Shown in pieces: positions 29,519-43,938 of a stretch of 64,000 nt of DNA. The DNA comes from the human T2T-CHM13v2.0 reference genome, Homo sapiens: assembly GCF_009914755.1 (NCBI RefSeq), contig NC_060936.1; one strand, given 5' to 3'. Both the position numbers and the translations under genes were made by a program. How positions within the stretch are numbered: the stretch's first letter is position 1; every line of letters starts with the position of its first letter. A model generated the notes under the pieces. It searched no databases, had not been told where the DNA came from, and saw only the letters and a list, made by a program, of their open reading frames with translations.

Positions 29519-30752
29519 TGAAATTGCCCTTTTGAGGCTAAAGCTTTGGGGGAGGAAAGAATTTGAGAGATGATATAACAAATAGCCCTAGATTCTGTAA
29601 GATCCAACACAGCCACAAATAAAAAGAGAATTGTAAATATAAGTAAGATAACTAGTCAAGTGACAGTATTTTTAATTATATTTACATAAAGATGAGTGAT
29701 TATTTAACTCATTTTAAAATTCCATTCTAATTTTAAACATGCATTCTCCTTAGATAGTTATAAAGGAAAAGAGCAGTAGGTGATCAATTACTCAGGGTAG
29801 ATTTTCAATTAGTAAATTATCTGTGTTCTTTGTTTCTATTTTCCCTTCTATTAACTGCCTAATTTTAGACATTTGGCTGCTTATTAGAATTTCCTCCAAA
29901 ATGATAAGGTAGCTTAAAACACTCCATTAATACTTAGAAACCTTGGTAGATTTCATGCAAAAGAGCATCACATTTATAGATCAAGGAAGTTTCTACGCTG
30001 TATATAAATTTTGCCCTGGAATCCTTCTGTCACATATATAAAAAGTAGCAGTTTGGGTGCTATTATAACACTTACAGGTAAGTAAAACTAACTTTAAAAT
30101 GTAGAGGTGTTGAAATATAACAAAGAAATAGGCTATACTTATATTTTCCTTTCTATCAACAACCTTCATAGTTTTTCTCAATAATACACTCTAGCTTAAA
30201 AATGCAAATCATCCTTAATTTCTAACATTTTAGACTGGCCTGTACATCAGTAGCTGCTGTAAACCTGAACTATTTGCTCATGAAGTCAATAAGAGCTCAG
30301 CCTTTGACTGTTTATCAGCAATTTATTGGGCAGGCACTGCATTTTAAGTGGCAGCATTAAAAAAAAAAAAGGCAGATGATACATCTAAAAATGCAAGGTT
30401 TCTGCATTTTTTCCCTGACTATATGTGAAATAATAAGTATTAATAAGGTCCATGTTGGCAAAATGTTTACTTTTTTAAATCTTAAGTTAATCCCCTATTG
30501 TTGTTAATTGGCACAGTTGGAGACTATGTCATAAATCGTGATGTGAGCTATGACATCTTAGTCACTCATATTTAGGTATCTCCTAATTTCTCAGCTTACA
30601 TATTACTGAAATGCAGCTTTACATTGCTTTATCCCTAAGCCTACCAGAAAACTGCTAAGGATTGTAGACATTTCATCAGGTAATCAATACAAAGTTTTCA
30701 AAACTTTGACAATTACCTATTTCTCTAATAGATGAGTAATTTAAGTATTGAT

Positions 30753-31042
30753 ATAGGCCCGCCCTGCTAACAATGTTTTGGTCAATGACAAACCACATAT
30801 ACCACAGTGGTCCCATATGATTATAATATGGTACTTTGTGCCCTTTCTATGTTTAGATACACAAAGATTTACCATTGTGTTACAGTTGCCTAGAGTATTT
30901 AATACAGTAACATGCTGTACACGTTTGTAGCCTAGGGGCAATAGGCTATACCATATAACCGAGGTGTGTAGTAGGTCACACATCTGGTTTGTGTCAGTAT
31001 ACTCTGTGATGTTCACATGATGAAATCACCTGATGACGCATT
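30753..31042. mobile_element. Tigger3-like (TcMar) element
   Basis: tggtcaatgacaaaccacatatacc...gtggtcccatatgattataat...gtttgtagcctagg...aataggctataccatata. Confidence 0.85.
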
Positions 31043-31090
31043 ACCCAATCTCAGGTATTCTTTCATAGCAACAGTAAACAGACTAAGACA

Positions 31091-32290
31091 AGCTTCCACC
31101 ATGTGCCAGGCACTATTCTGGTAATTGGAGATACACAGCAAACAAGACAGCTATTCAGAGTCCTTGTTCACATGGCACTAACACCCTAGTGAACAGAGAT
31201 AAATGATAAGTGAGAAAACAAATAAACGAACAAGACCATTTTGTATAGTGATAAGTGCTATAAATACAATGAAACAGGGTAGTATGATAGTGAAAGAAAA
31301 AGTGTGTATGTGTACATGGGGTGTCCAAAAATTTTTGATAAGATTCTTGGAAAAAAAGCCTTTCTAAAATAAAGTAACATTTGAGGTTAGACTTGATGGA
31401 GCACAAGGGGCCAGCTATGTGAAAATCTCTGGATACCAAGGCCCTGAACAGGGTTTCCCATTTCACATGTATGAAGAACACAAAGGTGGCCTGAGGTATT
31501 AGAGATGCATTCTCCATTCCTTTAGACACTAGCCAAGTGAATGTATTAAAATTTAAATTAAAATAAAATACAAAAGTTCAGCTCCTCAGTGACACCAACC
31601 ATGGTTCAAGTATTCAATGGCCACATGTGGTTAGTGGCAACCATGTTGGACAGCAGAGGGTCTATTTGTCATTGAAGAAAGTTCTAATAAATAGTACTTC
31701 ACCAGTGAAGTAGGAGCATTGGAATAGGAGGAGAGGTCAGAGAGAATTACTTGGAAAGATCATGAAGGTCCTTGTAGGACTGTCATGAGGACTGTGATGA
31801 GGACTGCATTCTGCAAGTACGATGGGTAGCCTTTGGGTAGTTTTAAATAGGGGAGGGACATAATTCAATTTATATTTTTAAAGTGTTACTCTGCTATATA
31901 GAAAATGAATTATAAGTAGGGCAAGATCAGTTAGTTACTGCACTTGTCCTGGCCAAGGAAGATGATGGGTCTTTGGCAGGTTATTATAAGAGGGACAGTG
32001 AAAAGTAAATGGATTTAGAATATATTTTAGAGACAGGATCAAGTGGATTTCCTAATCGACTAAAAGTAAAACAAGATAAACAAAGGAAAGAATCAAGACC
32101 CGTTCCCTCTTCTGGGGCCTGAGCAACTAGGTAGATGGTTATGTTCTTTACTGGGATGTAACAAGATTGAGAAAATATAGTTTGGGTGGGTAGGGGATAG
32201 GTAGGAAGGGAATTGTAAGTTAAGAATTTTGTTTTGGATACCTTATGTTTTAGGTACCTATTAGATATAAATATATAATAATCAGATAGG
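31091..32290. mobile_element. L2 remnants interrupted by a MER3-like element (about 31528-31690)
   Basis: ccatgtgccaggcactattct... is L2-like. ggccacatgtggttagtggcaaccatgttggacagc is MER3-like. Confidence 0.7.
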
Positions 32291-33447
32291 TAGCAGAGAA
32301 TGATTGAACCCATACTACGGAACGTAAACTTACTGAATTTTACAATAGAATCCCCTGACGCTTAACTATATTTAATAAAGCTCAAATGTGAAGGGTTAGA
32401 TCCTTTTCCCAAAAAACTGTAAAAACATGTTTGCTAGATTTGACTAAGTGGAAGATTTATCAAGTAAAACTTAAATTTTTATTTCTGTTGTCCATGCTCT
32501 ACTATTTTTCTGCACGTACAACATTTTCCTTATTCTTTGGCTGTGTTGTCACTTTCTTGAATTAGGACTCACCACTATCTGTAGAAAAGAGGCAGTGTTT
32601 ATATGTGATTGCTCCCTATCCAGTTTATGTATTGCAGCTTATTTCATTTAATATACTCTGTTAAAGGTACATTATTAGTCGCTTCTTTCAGTTAGTATAG
32701 CCCTGCAGGTTTCTGCATCTCTCTAACATTAGCATTTTGTTGTCTTTGTTCACTTGCCTCTGGGTTCTGGATGGTATGGGGAGAAAAATCTACCTTCTTT
32801 CCTTTTGATGGGACAAATAACTTTTTGATTATGATTTGGTAAAGAAACCTGGATGCCAGGACATTGCCTCCTTATTTTATTGAAGAGTTCCAGGATGTTA
32901 TTAACACATGGATTTAGAATATTCTTGTTTTGCTGCCATTAGCAAATGCCATTTTTTCCTGTTACAACTTTTAAAAAACATCTGCTTCCCATACCTTAAG
33001 TGTTCAGTTTTTATGATAATATTATATTAAATTTTCTAAAGAACTGAGATAATTGTGGGGGTAGGGGACAGATAAAATTGAAATATTCTAAAATTTCCCT
33101 TACTATGCTTTTCTTTTTAACCTTGATATATGCCAGATTTTTGGTTTATTATTTTAATATGTTATTTTTGATGCCAACAGATATGAATGATTTTCCAATC
33201 AAGGTTTTTCACTCCGATGTGTCCCAGGTAGGATCTGGCATATGAATCATATGTCTAAAAAGGAAACTCATGAAAGTATGTGTGCGTGCTAGGGGGCTCA
33301 TTTGTCTTTGGCAAAGACATTGCTGCTCCTGTTTCCTTAATTATTAAACAGATGGTGCCCACTGCCATTGACTAGCTGCCCAACTCATACTCCTGTGTGG
33401 TAGCACAATTCTGGACATCTGACAGAGAGAAGCTATACCTTTATAGT

Positions 33448-33479
33448 TTCTCATATCTACTTATGTCATAATATTAATA
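33448..33479. promoter_or_regulatory. ATF/CRE-like site (TTATGTCA, 33461-33468), probably within the insertion allele of the reported 29-nt PDE3A promoter indel
   Basis: The motif is seen directly. Its position, about 2.2 kb upstream of the ATG, fits my recollection of an ATF3-bound 29-nt indel 2214 nt upstream. Exact breakpoints are not verifiable here. Confidence 0.55.
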
Positions 33480-34944
33480 TCTGCCTTCTACTAGAACAGG
33501 CTGCTTCCCATGAAGCTGTTTAAAACTTAAGTCATCTTCTCCCCCTGTCCCCATAAATTAATTTTATCTCAAGGATCTCCTTTTGGCTTTTTTTATTGCT
33601 TCATGTCTACATACAAAATACAGTGGCATATTGAATCAATTATCTAAATGCTCTAGGCTGTAAATACACTTTAACCTGGAATGTCAAGATAATTAAGACA
33701 AAATTGGATTATTAAGATTATTATTAGTGAGGGCAAATGACATCTAAGATAGCCATGTTAAAAGTGGAGTATCATATTAAAAAGACAACTAGATCCCAGG
33801 GAACATCAATAGAGTTTAAGTCCATTGAACAGATACTGAATTCTTTTTCATAATCTGCCAAAAAAAGGTTAGCTTGAAAATTTTCTTTTAGTTTCTCAAA
33901 TATCACACTGCTGCAGTACACGAACCTTTACTCATTAATAACTAAGGTCCTGATTTTTTTCATATGCTTTGCTCGAAGATGTAGTATTTTGCAGCCATAG
34001 ACAGTCTTCTAAGATCTCTCCTAGTGTTAACCCACCTATCCTCACCTCTCCCTTGAGATTTTTCTTTATTTTTTGATGAACTATCTGGGCTTTTAAACTT
34101 TGTTAACCTTTTTTGAGGATACGGTCACTTAATCTCAATGTAATTTTACTTTCCACAGTCAAAAACTATTGTGTAATACTCATGCACTGGATTTAAATGA
34201 CTGCTGCCTCTCCTTCCTTTCTTTTTATACTATTGTGGTCTAGGTAAGGCTGATTCTTCCATCATTTGAACCAACAGGCCAGGCTTGGGTTCTCATAAAG
34301 CAGACCTTCCAGCAGGAGCGACCAAAGGATGACACTGTCACCTGAAATTGGACTGCTGTTGTACCTGACTTGGGAACATCTTTGAATCAGACAGTAGAAG
34401 TGGCTGTCATTTTCAGGGACAGTAGAAAGTATGTTGGCTCTCATCTGCCAAGTAGGCAAACACAATCTTTTTTTTTTTTTTTTCCTTCCAACGTTCTAGG
34501 GAGCTCAGCCTCAGGGCTAGCCGCAGCCCCCCACACCCCGGGGCTGCGGTGGGCTGCGCGGTGGATCAGCCTCAGCAGCCCCTGCTCCAGCCTGTAGGGT
34601 GAACCGGCCGCTTTCCCAGCAAAGGAGCAATCGAGCTGAGGGTAGCGCCTCCTCCGCAGGAGGGGGCGGGAGCTCGGCTGAGAAAGCTTTCCTAGGGAGT
34701 TGCCTTAAAGAAAGAAAGCGGAATTGTCGATCACTCCAGTTGCCAGTTTTATACAATTTTAAGCAGTCGTCGCCACTCGTTTCCCCTTTGCAAAACTGCA
34801 AATCACCACCAACCTTGCATCAAATAGAAGTGGGGAGGGAAAAAAAAAGCAAATCTCCTTCTCCCTTCTCACCCTCCCTTTCTTCTCACCCTCCCTTCCT
34901 CTCTTACTCGCTCCTTCTCCCTCCCTCCCTTCTGCGGCTGCCGC

Positions 34945-36757
<1,813 letters not shown>

Positions 36758-39530
36758 TAGAAAACTGGTCTAACTTCAGAATTAAGAAACTAGCAGGTTT
36801 TTTTTTTGTTTTTTTTGTTTTTTTTTTTTTGTTTTTTTGCCCTCTCTTTCACACAGTAGTTTTATAACCTGAACGACTGAAACACAATTAACAAAACTAG
36901 ATGGCATGTGTAGGGTCTTCCACAGCTGGGCCAACTTTTTAGATCTGCTACACCTGGTGTATGGCTTGCCTACTCTTTTCAGTACTCTTACGCTTTCCTT
37001 CCTTAGCAGAAATTTTAGAATTAAGTTTAGATTTTAGCAATGAGTGATTTTTTTTAACACATAGATTTTACTAGATTTCTACTTTTTAAAAAGTAAAATC
37101 TTTTTAATGAAATGATATTAAACATTTATGAAAACCAGTAAAAAGATTCTAGAGCAAAGCAAGCTGTGCTTGAAGGTGAGGAATTGATACACATTTTCTG
37201 GTTTTGCAGTAAGTTTTATTTGGAGAGACTGCAGCTGATGGTGCCCAATTTGTTTTTAAATATAATTTAGGGGCATACATTATTACATGCTAGTGTGTTT
37301 TGTATCACAAACTTCAACTTGGGGAATAATATGTCTGAACTTTGGAATTGTTCAAAATTGTCAACTGCGTTTTAGTGTCAACTAAAAACAAAAGAGTTCT
37401 CTTTAGTATGTGCATACTTAAGTGGATATTTATAAATTCAAATGGATTTATGCAGATTTTACAGGAAATACTAATTCGGGAGGCCATTTCTAAGATTGCT
37501 GGAGATGTATATCTTCCCACAACGTGGGAGGAGGAGGAACCTGGGATTATAAAGTTGTAAATAAAACTTTAGTCACTTTTGGGGATGAGTCTCCTTATTA
37601 TCATTAAGTGATTTAAAACTATAGAACAGTTGCTATAAAGGGCATAAAGGAACAAATCCCAATTTTAAATGCATACTGTGTCTAAAAAAGCATACCGAAG
37701 GGTATGCCTCCCTAGTTGAAGCAGATTTGTTCACCTCTCTATTTGAAGTGGATTTGACACTTGATGGGGAGGAGGAGCTGGTTGGATACAGCAAGTGGAA
37801 ATTTACATTTTTCCCTTTAAATTAATGCCTACCTGTGGTACTATTAGGACAACTTTAGGGAGCAAGAGAATATCCTAAGATAAAGTAAGCTTTTTCTTTT
37901 TAGGTTATTCTGTGGATAATCATTTGGGTATTTCTAAGAAATAGCAGTCACCATATGGTGTGGGTGGCTAGTTGGTTTCTGAAATGGAGTTGATTACACA
38001 GATCTATGGCTGTTTGACATTATTGAGCAGAGTAGATGACAGCATCATAGTCTGTTTATTTTAAAGCAAATGTAGTTATTTGCTTTTTGTTTCGATAAAA
38101 CAAATGTTTCTTGTCTTTAAGCTTACTCTAAGAGTGGAGGGGAAAACAGGCCACTGACTGATAGTTTTGGTAAAAATTTGGAAATTGTTAAAATGGAGTA
38201 AGTTATCTATTTGAGGGTAAACTAACCATTTTAATTTCTTTTCACAGTTATGGGAGAGAATGTCTTAAATGAAAACACCACCGCTTTAAGTATGTTCAGA
38301 ATACACTATTCATTAACTTATAGGGAAATAGGATGTTACTATTGCAAAATTCACAACCATAATTTCTAAGGAAAATCTGGGATTTAATCACAACTTGATT
38401 CCAAATTGATATCATTTACCCTGTGGAATTATTTTTTAAAATTTTATATTAACATTTATAAGTTAAGAAATTAAGGGTGGATAGAAGATAAGAAGGTGGT
38501 TAGGTAAATTAACCAGCAGCATTCATTTAACCCACACATTTTTATTGGGTTTCTCTGGTTTAAATTGATAAATGGAGAATTTGAATTATCTACGAAGTTA
38601 TCAAAATAAGCATTGCATATTTAATGTTTTGCTGATTAATGCTGTTGGAAAATGCATAATCGCAATCTATTTCTGTAATTTTCTTTGGTCACTATTTTTT
38701 TTAAAGACTGTGTTAATGAAGATTATTCTAAAGTGGGAAACTTTGTCTTATGCTTGATGGAAACACAAGAATACATTTAGCAGAAATTGAGATACTTGAA
38801 GTTTTAATGAGGGCATGGGTGAGTGTGTGCGTGTCACTGAAGACTGGTTTTTATATATGACCCATTAAAAGTTGTTGCTGAGCATAATTGTGGGGAGTGG
38901 GTGGAAACTAACACAGTGTACTATCTTATAAGATAGGACAGTATCTCATATACGTTAGCCTTACTGTGTGAAAAGTTCAGGAGCTACCCACAGTAAATGG
39001 CTTATCTGTTTTATCATAAGGAAACAAACTTCTGATTAAGGGTGCAAAGTGTACCACTGTCATTTGCATACTTTGTGAAGTCAAACATCAAAATAATTAT
39101 AAAATAAGTATATAACACTCCCCTGAATGTCATCTGCTTTTTTTCTGAAGGAATGTCTACTTTCAACTCAAGACAATACTCATAGGCAACAAGTGAATTT
39201 TAAATAGTCATTTAAGAACTTAAACGCACAGTCTGTCAGAGTCCTCTTGAGAATTTATTTGCACTTTGCTCATTGTGAGGCTTACCAGTGAGAGAATTTC
39301 ATCATTTTCTTCTCTGTATGAATGGCAGTGGCTGGTTACTGATGAACTATCCCTCTTCAGTGACCCTCAGTTCCAAAAGTGCAAAGAGAATATATGATAA
39401 AAATTCTCATAAGAGAAACCAATTGACAGATACATTTTTCTCTCTCCCTCCCTTTTTTTCTTTCAAGAACTGTAAGTCTGTAGCACTGGTGTCTGTGAAT
39501 GCAAGTGGAAATATCTTTATTCTCAGGAAA

Positions 39531-39579
39531 AAACAAAGTTTATAGTTCTTTAAAGTTTAAAGAACTATAAAGTTTGTTT
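39531..39579. repeat. 49-bp near-perfect palindrome
   Basis: aaacaaa-g-tttatagttctttaaa-g-tttaaagaactataaa-g-tttgttt. Confidence 0.95.
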
Positions 39580-42500
39580 AGCTTTTAGTTTAGTCCTGAC
39601 AACCCAGTGTCCGCAATACTGAGGCTGATTTTGTAGATGAGTGTGTCAAACTACTTTTTTGGCTGCCAGTGTTAAGAAGGCAAGTGTCTGTTAAGGTGTG
39701 TGTATCTTTTCTAAGTGGACTTTCGCATCCCAGAGCAGATATGTCTCTCTCAAAGTACCACTGTGCCCTCGGCCCGAAACATGGGAATATACAGAGGTAC
39801 CTAGACTTTCTTGGAGTATTAGATATTATGCATGATTAATATGTTATTTTTCAATGTAAAATTTTAATTTTGCAATTTTTTTGTTATTGCAAATTGTATT
39901 TGAAGGGGTGTCTCTCCATTCTCTTTATAAATAAAGAACTATAATTGGCTGCTCATTCTTCTCTAATTACTGAGATCACCTTACACATTCACTTTTGAAA
40001 GATTTCAAACCAATGCAATTTTATTTTAGTTACCTGTTAAGGAAAATTTTATATTTTTACCTGTGGTTTCAGGTAAATACAAAGGCATATGACTGTCTCC
40101 ATTAATGCATTTGTACCACTTAATGACAGCATTTTTTTGGGATGGATACAACATCATCCATTTTGATCTTAGTTGTCGAAAGAAGAGTCAAGTTTTTCAC
40201 CACTGATGTGAGAAAGACACTTTTAGGAGAGAAAGCAAACAACAGCAAAGCAAAAATAGGAGAAATGGGTATGGTGTTTGATGGTAGGCACTGGATGGGA
40301 GGCATTGTTATTCTTTGACAAAAAACTTGCTTATTTCTTCTCAAAATGTAGAATACATTGTTTAAATTCCTAAATGCCTGTCAATGTAACATATTGTTCA
40401 AATTGAGTAAGTTTCAGAAATAATCACGGACTTTTAATTAAATTGTAGCTTCTACATTTCAGTAGTGTTACTCAGTTTATGGTGATTCAAAGAGCAATCT
40501 TGATTACTTATGACTTGGTGACAGAATTAAAATTAATTAATGTCAATTTCTGAAAATACTGAAAAGGGAAAACAAGATTTCCTTATCCCTTGGGAAAGGT
40601 GAAGGAAAAGAATTTTTTGTGTGTCGGGGGGACAAAAATTGTAATTTTACTTTGTGAATACAGATATTTAAAGCATACTGAAAAAGTTTTTTAAGTGACA
40701 TAAATAGTCAGTGAATCTATATAAATTTACAGAGGCTGGAAGGAGTGAAAACAGTAATTTTACTCTTTCTGTATTGAGTCGAAAGTGTAAAAAGTTAAAA
40801 CTGTAGAACTGAAAGAAATGCTGTGTATGCTGGGCTGTCATGTTAATTAAATAAACAACCAGAACAGTGACTCTGTGTATGAAATACATTTTGAAAAGCC
40901 TTGGGGGAGGGGGTGCAGGCAGGCAAGGGTGAGTGACACTGGCATGAAAAAACATTCATTCTATCTGCAGTGACATTTGTGTGAATTTGTTGTAGTCTAT
41001 TAGAAAATTCAGATCTGAGAAATAATCTCTTCAGAGCGCTAGTTGAATAAAGGCTTTACCAAATTGAATTTTACTTCTATTTTAAGCAAGTTCTCATTCT
41101 GTCAAGGTAGGATGTTTATAAACCTCAAAATTAGAAGTATGCCTATATATTTTAAGATTTTTCCATTAATATGGTTTGTGTCAGTCAGCCCAGTAGAGTC
41201 AATGTTGACTTCATTGAAAACGTGTGTTATTTTATCTATCAAAAGAAAGAGTTTATTTTGGGATTAGGATAGGAGTTGTGTTTTTGAGAAAGAGTTATTG
41301 TTGTGAGTTATACTGTCCTGGATGTGTGAAGATAATCAATGCAACTATTGTATCATGCCTTTGCATTGGGCGATGGGGAAATGTCTCATGCTCCCGGAAG
41401 TGATGCATAACCCTACAGGTTTATGGTGAATTGTTTACTTAGCTGCCATATGTCTCCTCTTCAGTGGAGTCTTCCTGCTCCATTTCTGTGTGGTGTTTAT
41501 ATCTTCTTAAAAAAACCCTCAAATTGAGATTAAAAAATATTATGCTTATATTCTGCATTCATGTGTTTAATGAACCTCTGTGAAATAATTCTGAAGACCC
41601 TCAGAAAGTCCAGTCTCCTATTCTTGCACCTAAAGATGTGTTCCATTAATGTTCAAATGAAGATAATTCCTTTATATAGAAACTTGAATCCTTTTGGTAA
41701 TTACCTATATATACTTTCATGATAGGTAGTATTTTTTATTAAAGGAGATTTTTTGTTGTTGTTTGTTTTTTTAGTAAGGCTACTATGGAATTGTTTTAAC
41801 TTTGAACTGAGAATGCATGTTTGTGCTGTTATTGATATAAAATATACAGATTTGATCACTGAGAAAAAAGTCTAACAGATGTGCCTGAGTTGTAGTTTAG
41901 AGGAAGATGTGTTGTATAACAATCGTAAAAAATATTAGTTGACCATACCTGTTCATTGTGAATGTATACCACTGTTTTAAAAGAAGATGCTACCCATAGC
42001 TAATGTTACCCATTATCCATAAAGGCCTTTGATCAATCAACCTACCAGGTCTCAAATCAACACATTTTATCTGTGCATTAGTCCTTGTGCTAAAAATCAA
42101 AAATAATATACAGATAGATGTGACACAGCATTTGTCTCTGCAAAGTTTAGAGCCTAGTGAGATTAATGAGAAGTGAACATAAGAAAAAGGGAAGTCACAG
42201 TGAAATATCTTAGATAATGGAGAAATGCATATAATAACTTGGAGCAGGTTTTTAACCTGGCTCCAGGACTCATTCATCTCCTCTCTGAAATTGTATGCAG
42301 AACTTCATTTGTTCATTCTTAGGAGCAAAAAGTCTTAGTGTCATAGGTTTTCAGAAGGTCCTCAACACATAGATGGTTAAACATAAATGGCTTAGATTTT
42401 AAGCAACTTTACATTTTGAAGACATGGAGAATGTTTTTGAAAATGGAAATTACTTTGGTGTACCTTTACAGTCTGCTCTGAAACAAAGGTAAAATAATAT

Positions 42501-43639
42501 TTCATTTAGGACATGTTACACTTCAAAATAGTACACTGATTGATTGTATTTATGTCGAGTTAGTTTATGACTGTAAATAGCTGGTTGCACTGATATTTTA
42601 AATGCTTAATTCTGAAAAGGCTGTAGTTAGTAGACTACAATTAGTCTGATTTTAGAGAGAAGGAAACTGAGAGTTAGCTATATGTGTGAAGATAGCCCAA
42701 GGCAAGATGGCTTTTGTCCATTTCCTCTTTGACTTGACTGTGCTACTGAGGAAACAGTAGGAAAGGAGTCAGGCTGCTAACTTTAACCCTGGGTATCATT
42801 TGTAATTTTTCCCATGGAGCCAACTCTAAATTCTCATTCAGCATTAGAAGACTGAATAATCAGATTGAGTGTCAGATGTGTAAATAACACAAAACTTGTT
42901 AATACCAGGTAGCCTCTGGAATGAATTATTCTTGACTTTGTCACGTAAATGAATATCAGTTGCACTGAAAAGTCTAACTTTGTGGAGTCTTATCAAACAA
43001 AAGTATTTAGCAGTGGCTTAAATATTGAATATTTTTATTTTAGATTTTCAATATGTTTATTTTTGTATGTTCAGGATTTCCAAATTCAAGGCAAAGCATA
43101 ATCTGCAGATTGGTAAGGCATTTCTTCATTAGCAAAAACAGCTGGTAATTTTTTTCACCTGTTATTTTGCAGTGTTTCCTTAGAATTTCATTAAAATATA
43201 AGTAAATAGGGTAAAATATCAGAGGAGGTCATGAAGAACATTACCATTTCGAAGATGGAAAGCTATTTGAGAGAAGTCACAAACTAAGCAATGTCTGTGT
43301 TTTTGATTTGATTAGAGCTGTCATTTGTTATTTAGGAATCTGTGAATGATTATTAAAGCTTTCAAGTATAGCCAGTCCTGCTAACATAATAATAACATTA
43401 CATTAAGGGCACTCATGTTCTTTCCTCCTGAGAAGATGACTGGTTACAGGGGGCACATATTGTTTGCTGAAGTGTGTGTATGTGCATGTGCATGTGTGTA
43501 CCTGTATGTGCATTTATGATTTGTGTGTGTGCATGTGTGATTTTCCCCTGGCAGAAAATTGCTTTGGTTGTATCAATTTAGTGAAGAAACAGTGTCACCC
43601 AGTGGCTTTGATGAAAACAGTCCTATAAACATTATAGAT

Positions 43640-43938
43640 AAGCACTGTCCAGTAGAAATACAACACAAGCCATACATTTGATTTTACATTTTCTAGAGGC
43701 CATACACACCCAAGAAACAGATGAAATGAATTATAATAATATGCTTTATTTAACCCAGCATAGCATGTCAACATGTAATCGGTGTAAAAAAAATGAAATA
43801 TTTTGCATTCTGTTTTTTTGTGAGTCTAAATATCTTGTGTGTGTTTTACACTTAAAGCACATTTCAGTTTGGCCTAGCCCCATTTCAAGTATTAAATAGA
43901 CACAGGTGGCTAATGGCTACCATATTGGACAGTGCAGC
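43640..43938. mobile_element. MER33-like (hAT-Charlie)
   Basis: gcactgtccagtagaaata...gtggctaatggctaccatattggacagtgc, with inverted termini. Confidence 0.85.

Noticed and set aside
37690-37707. GCATACC-GAAG-GGTATGC hairpin
   Set aside because: A 7-bp stem is within chance expectation for 64 kb.
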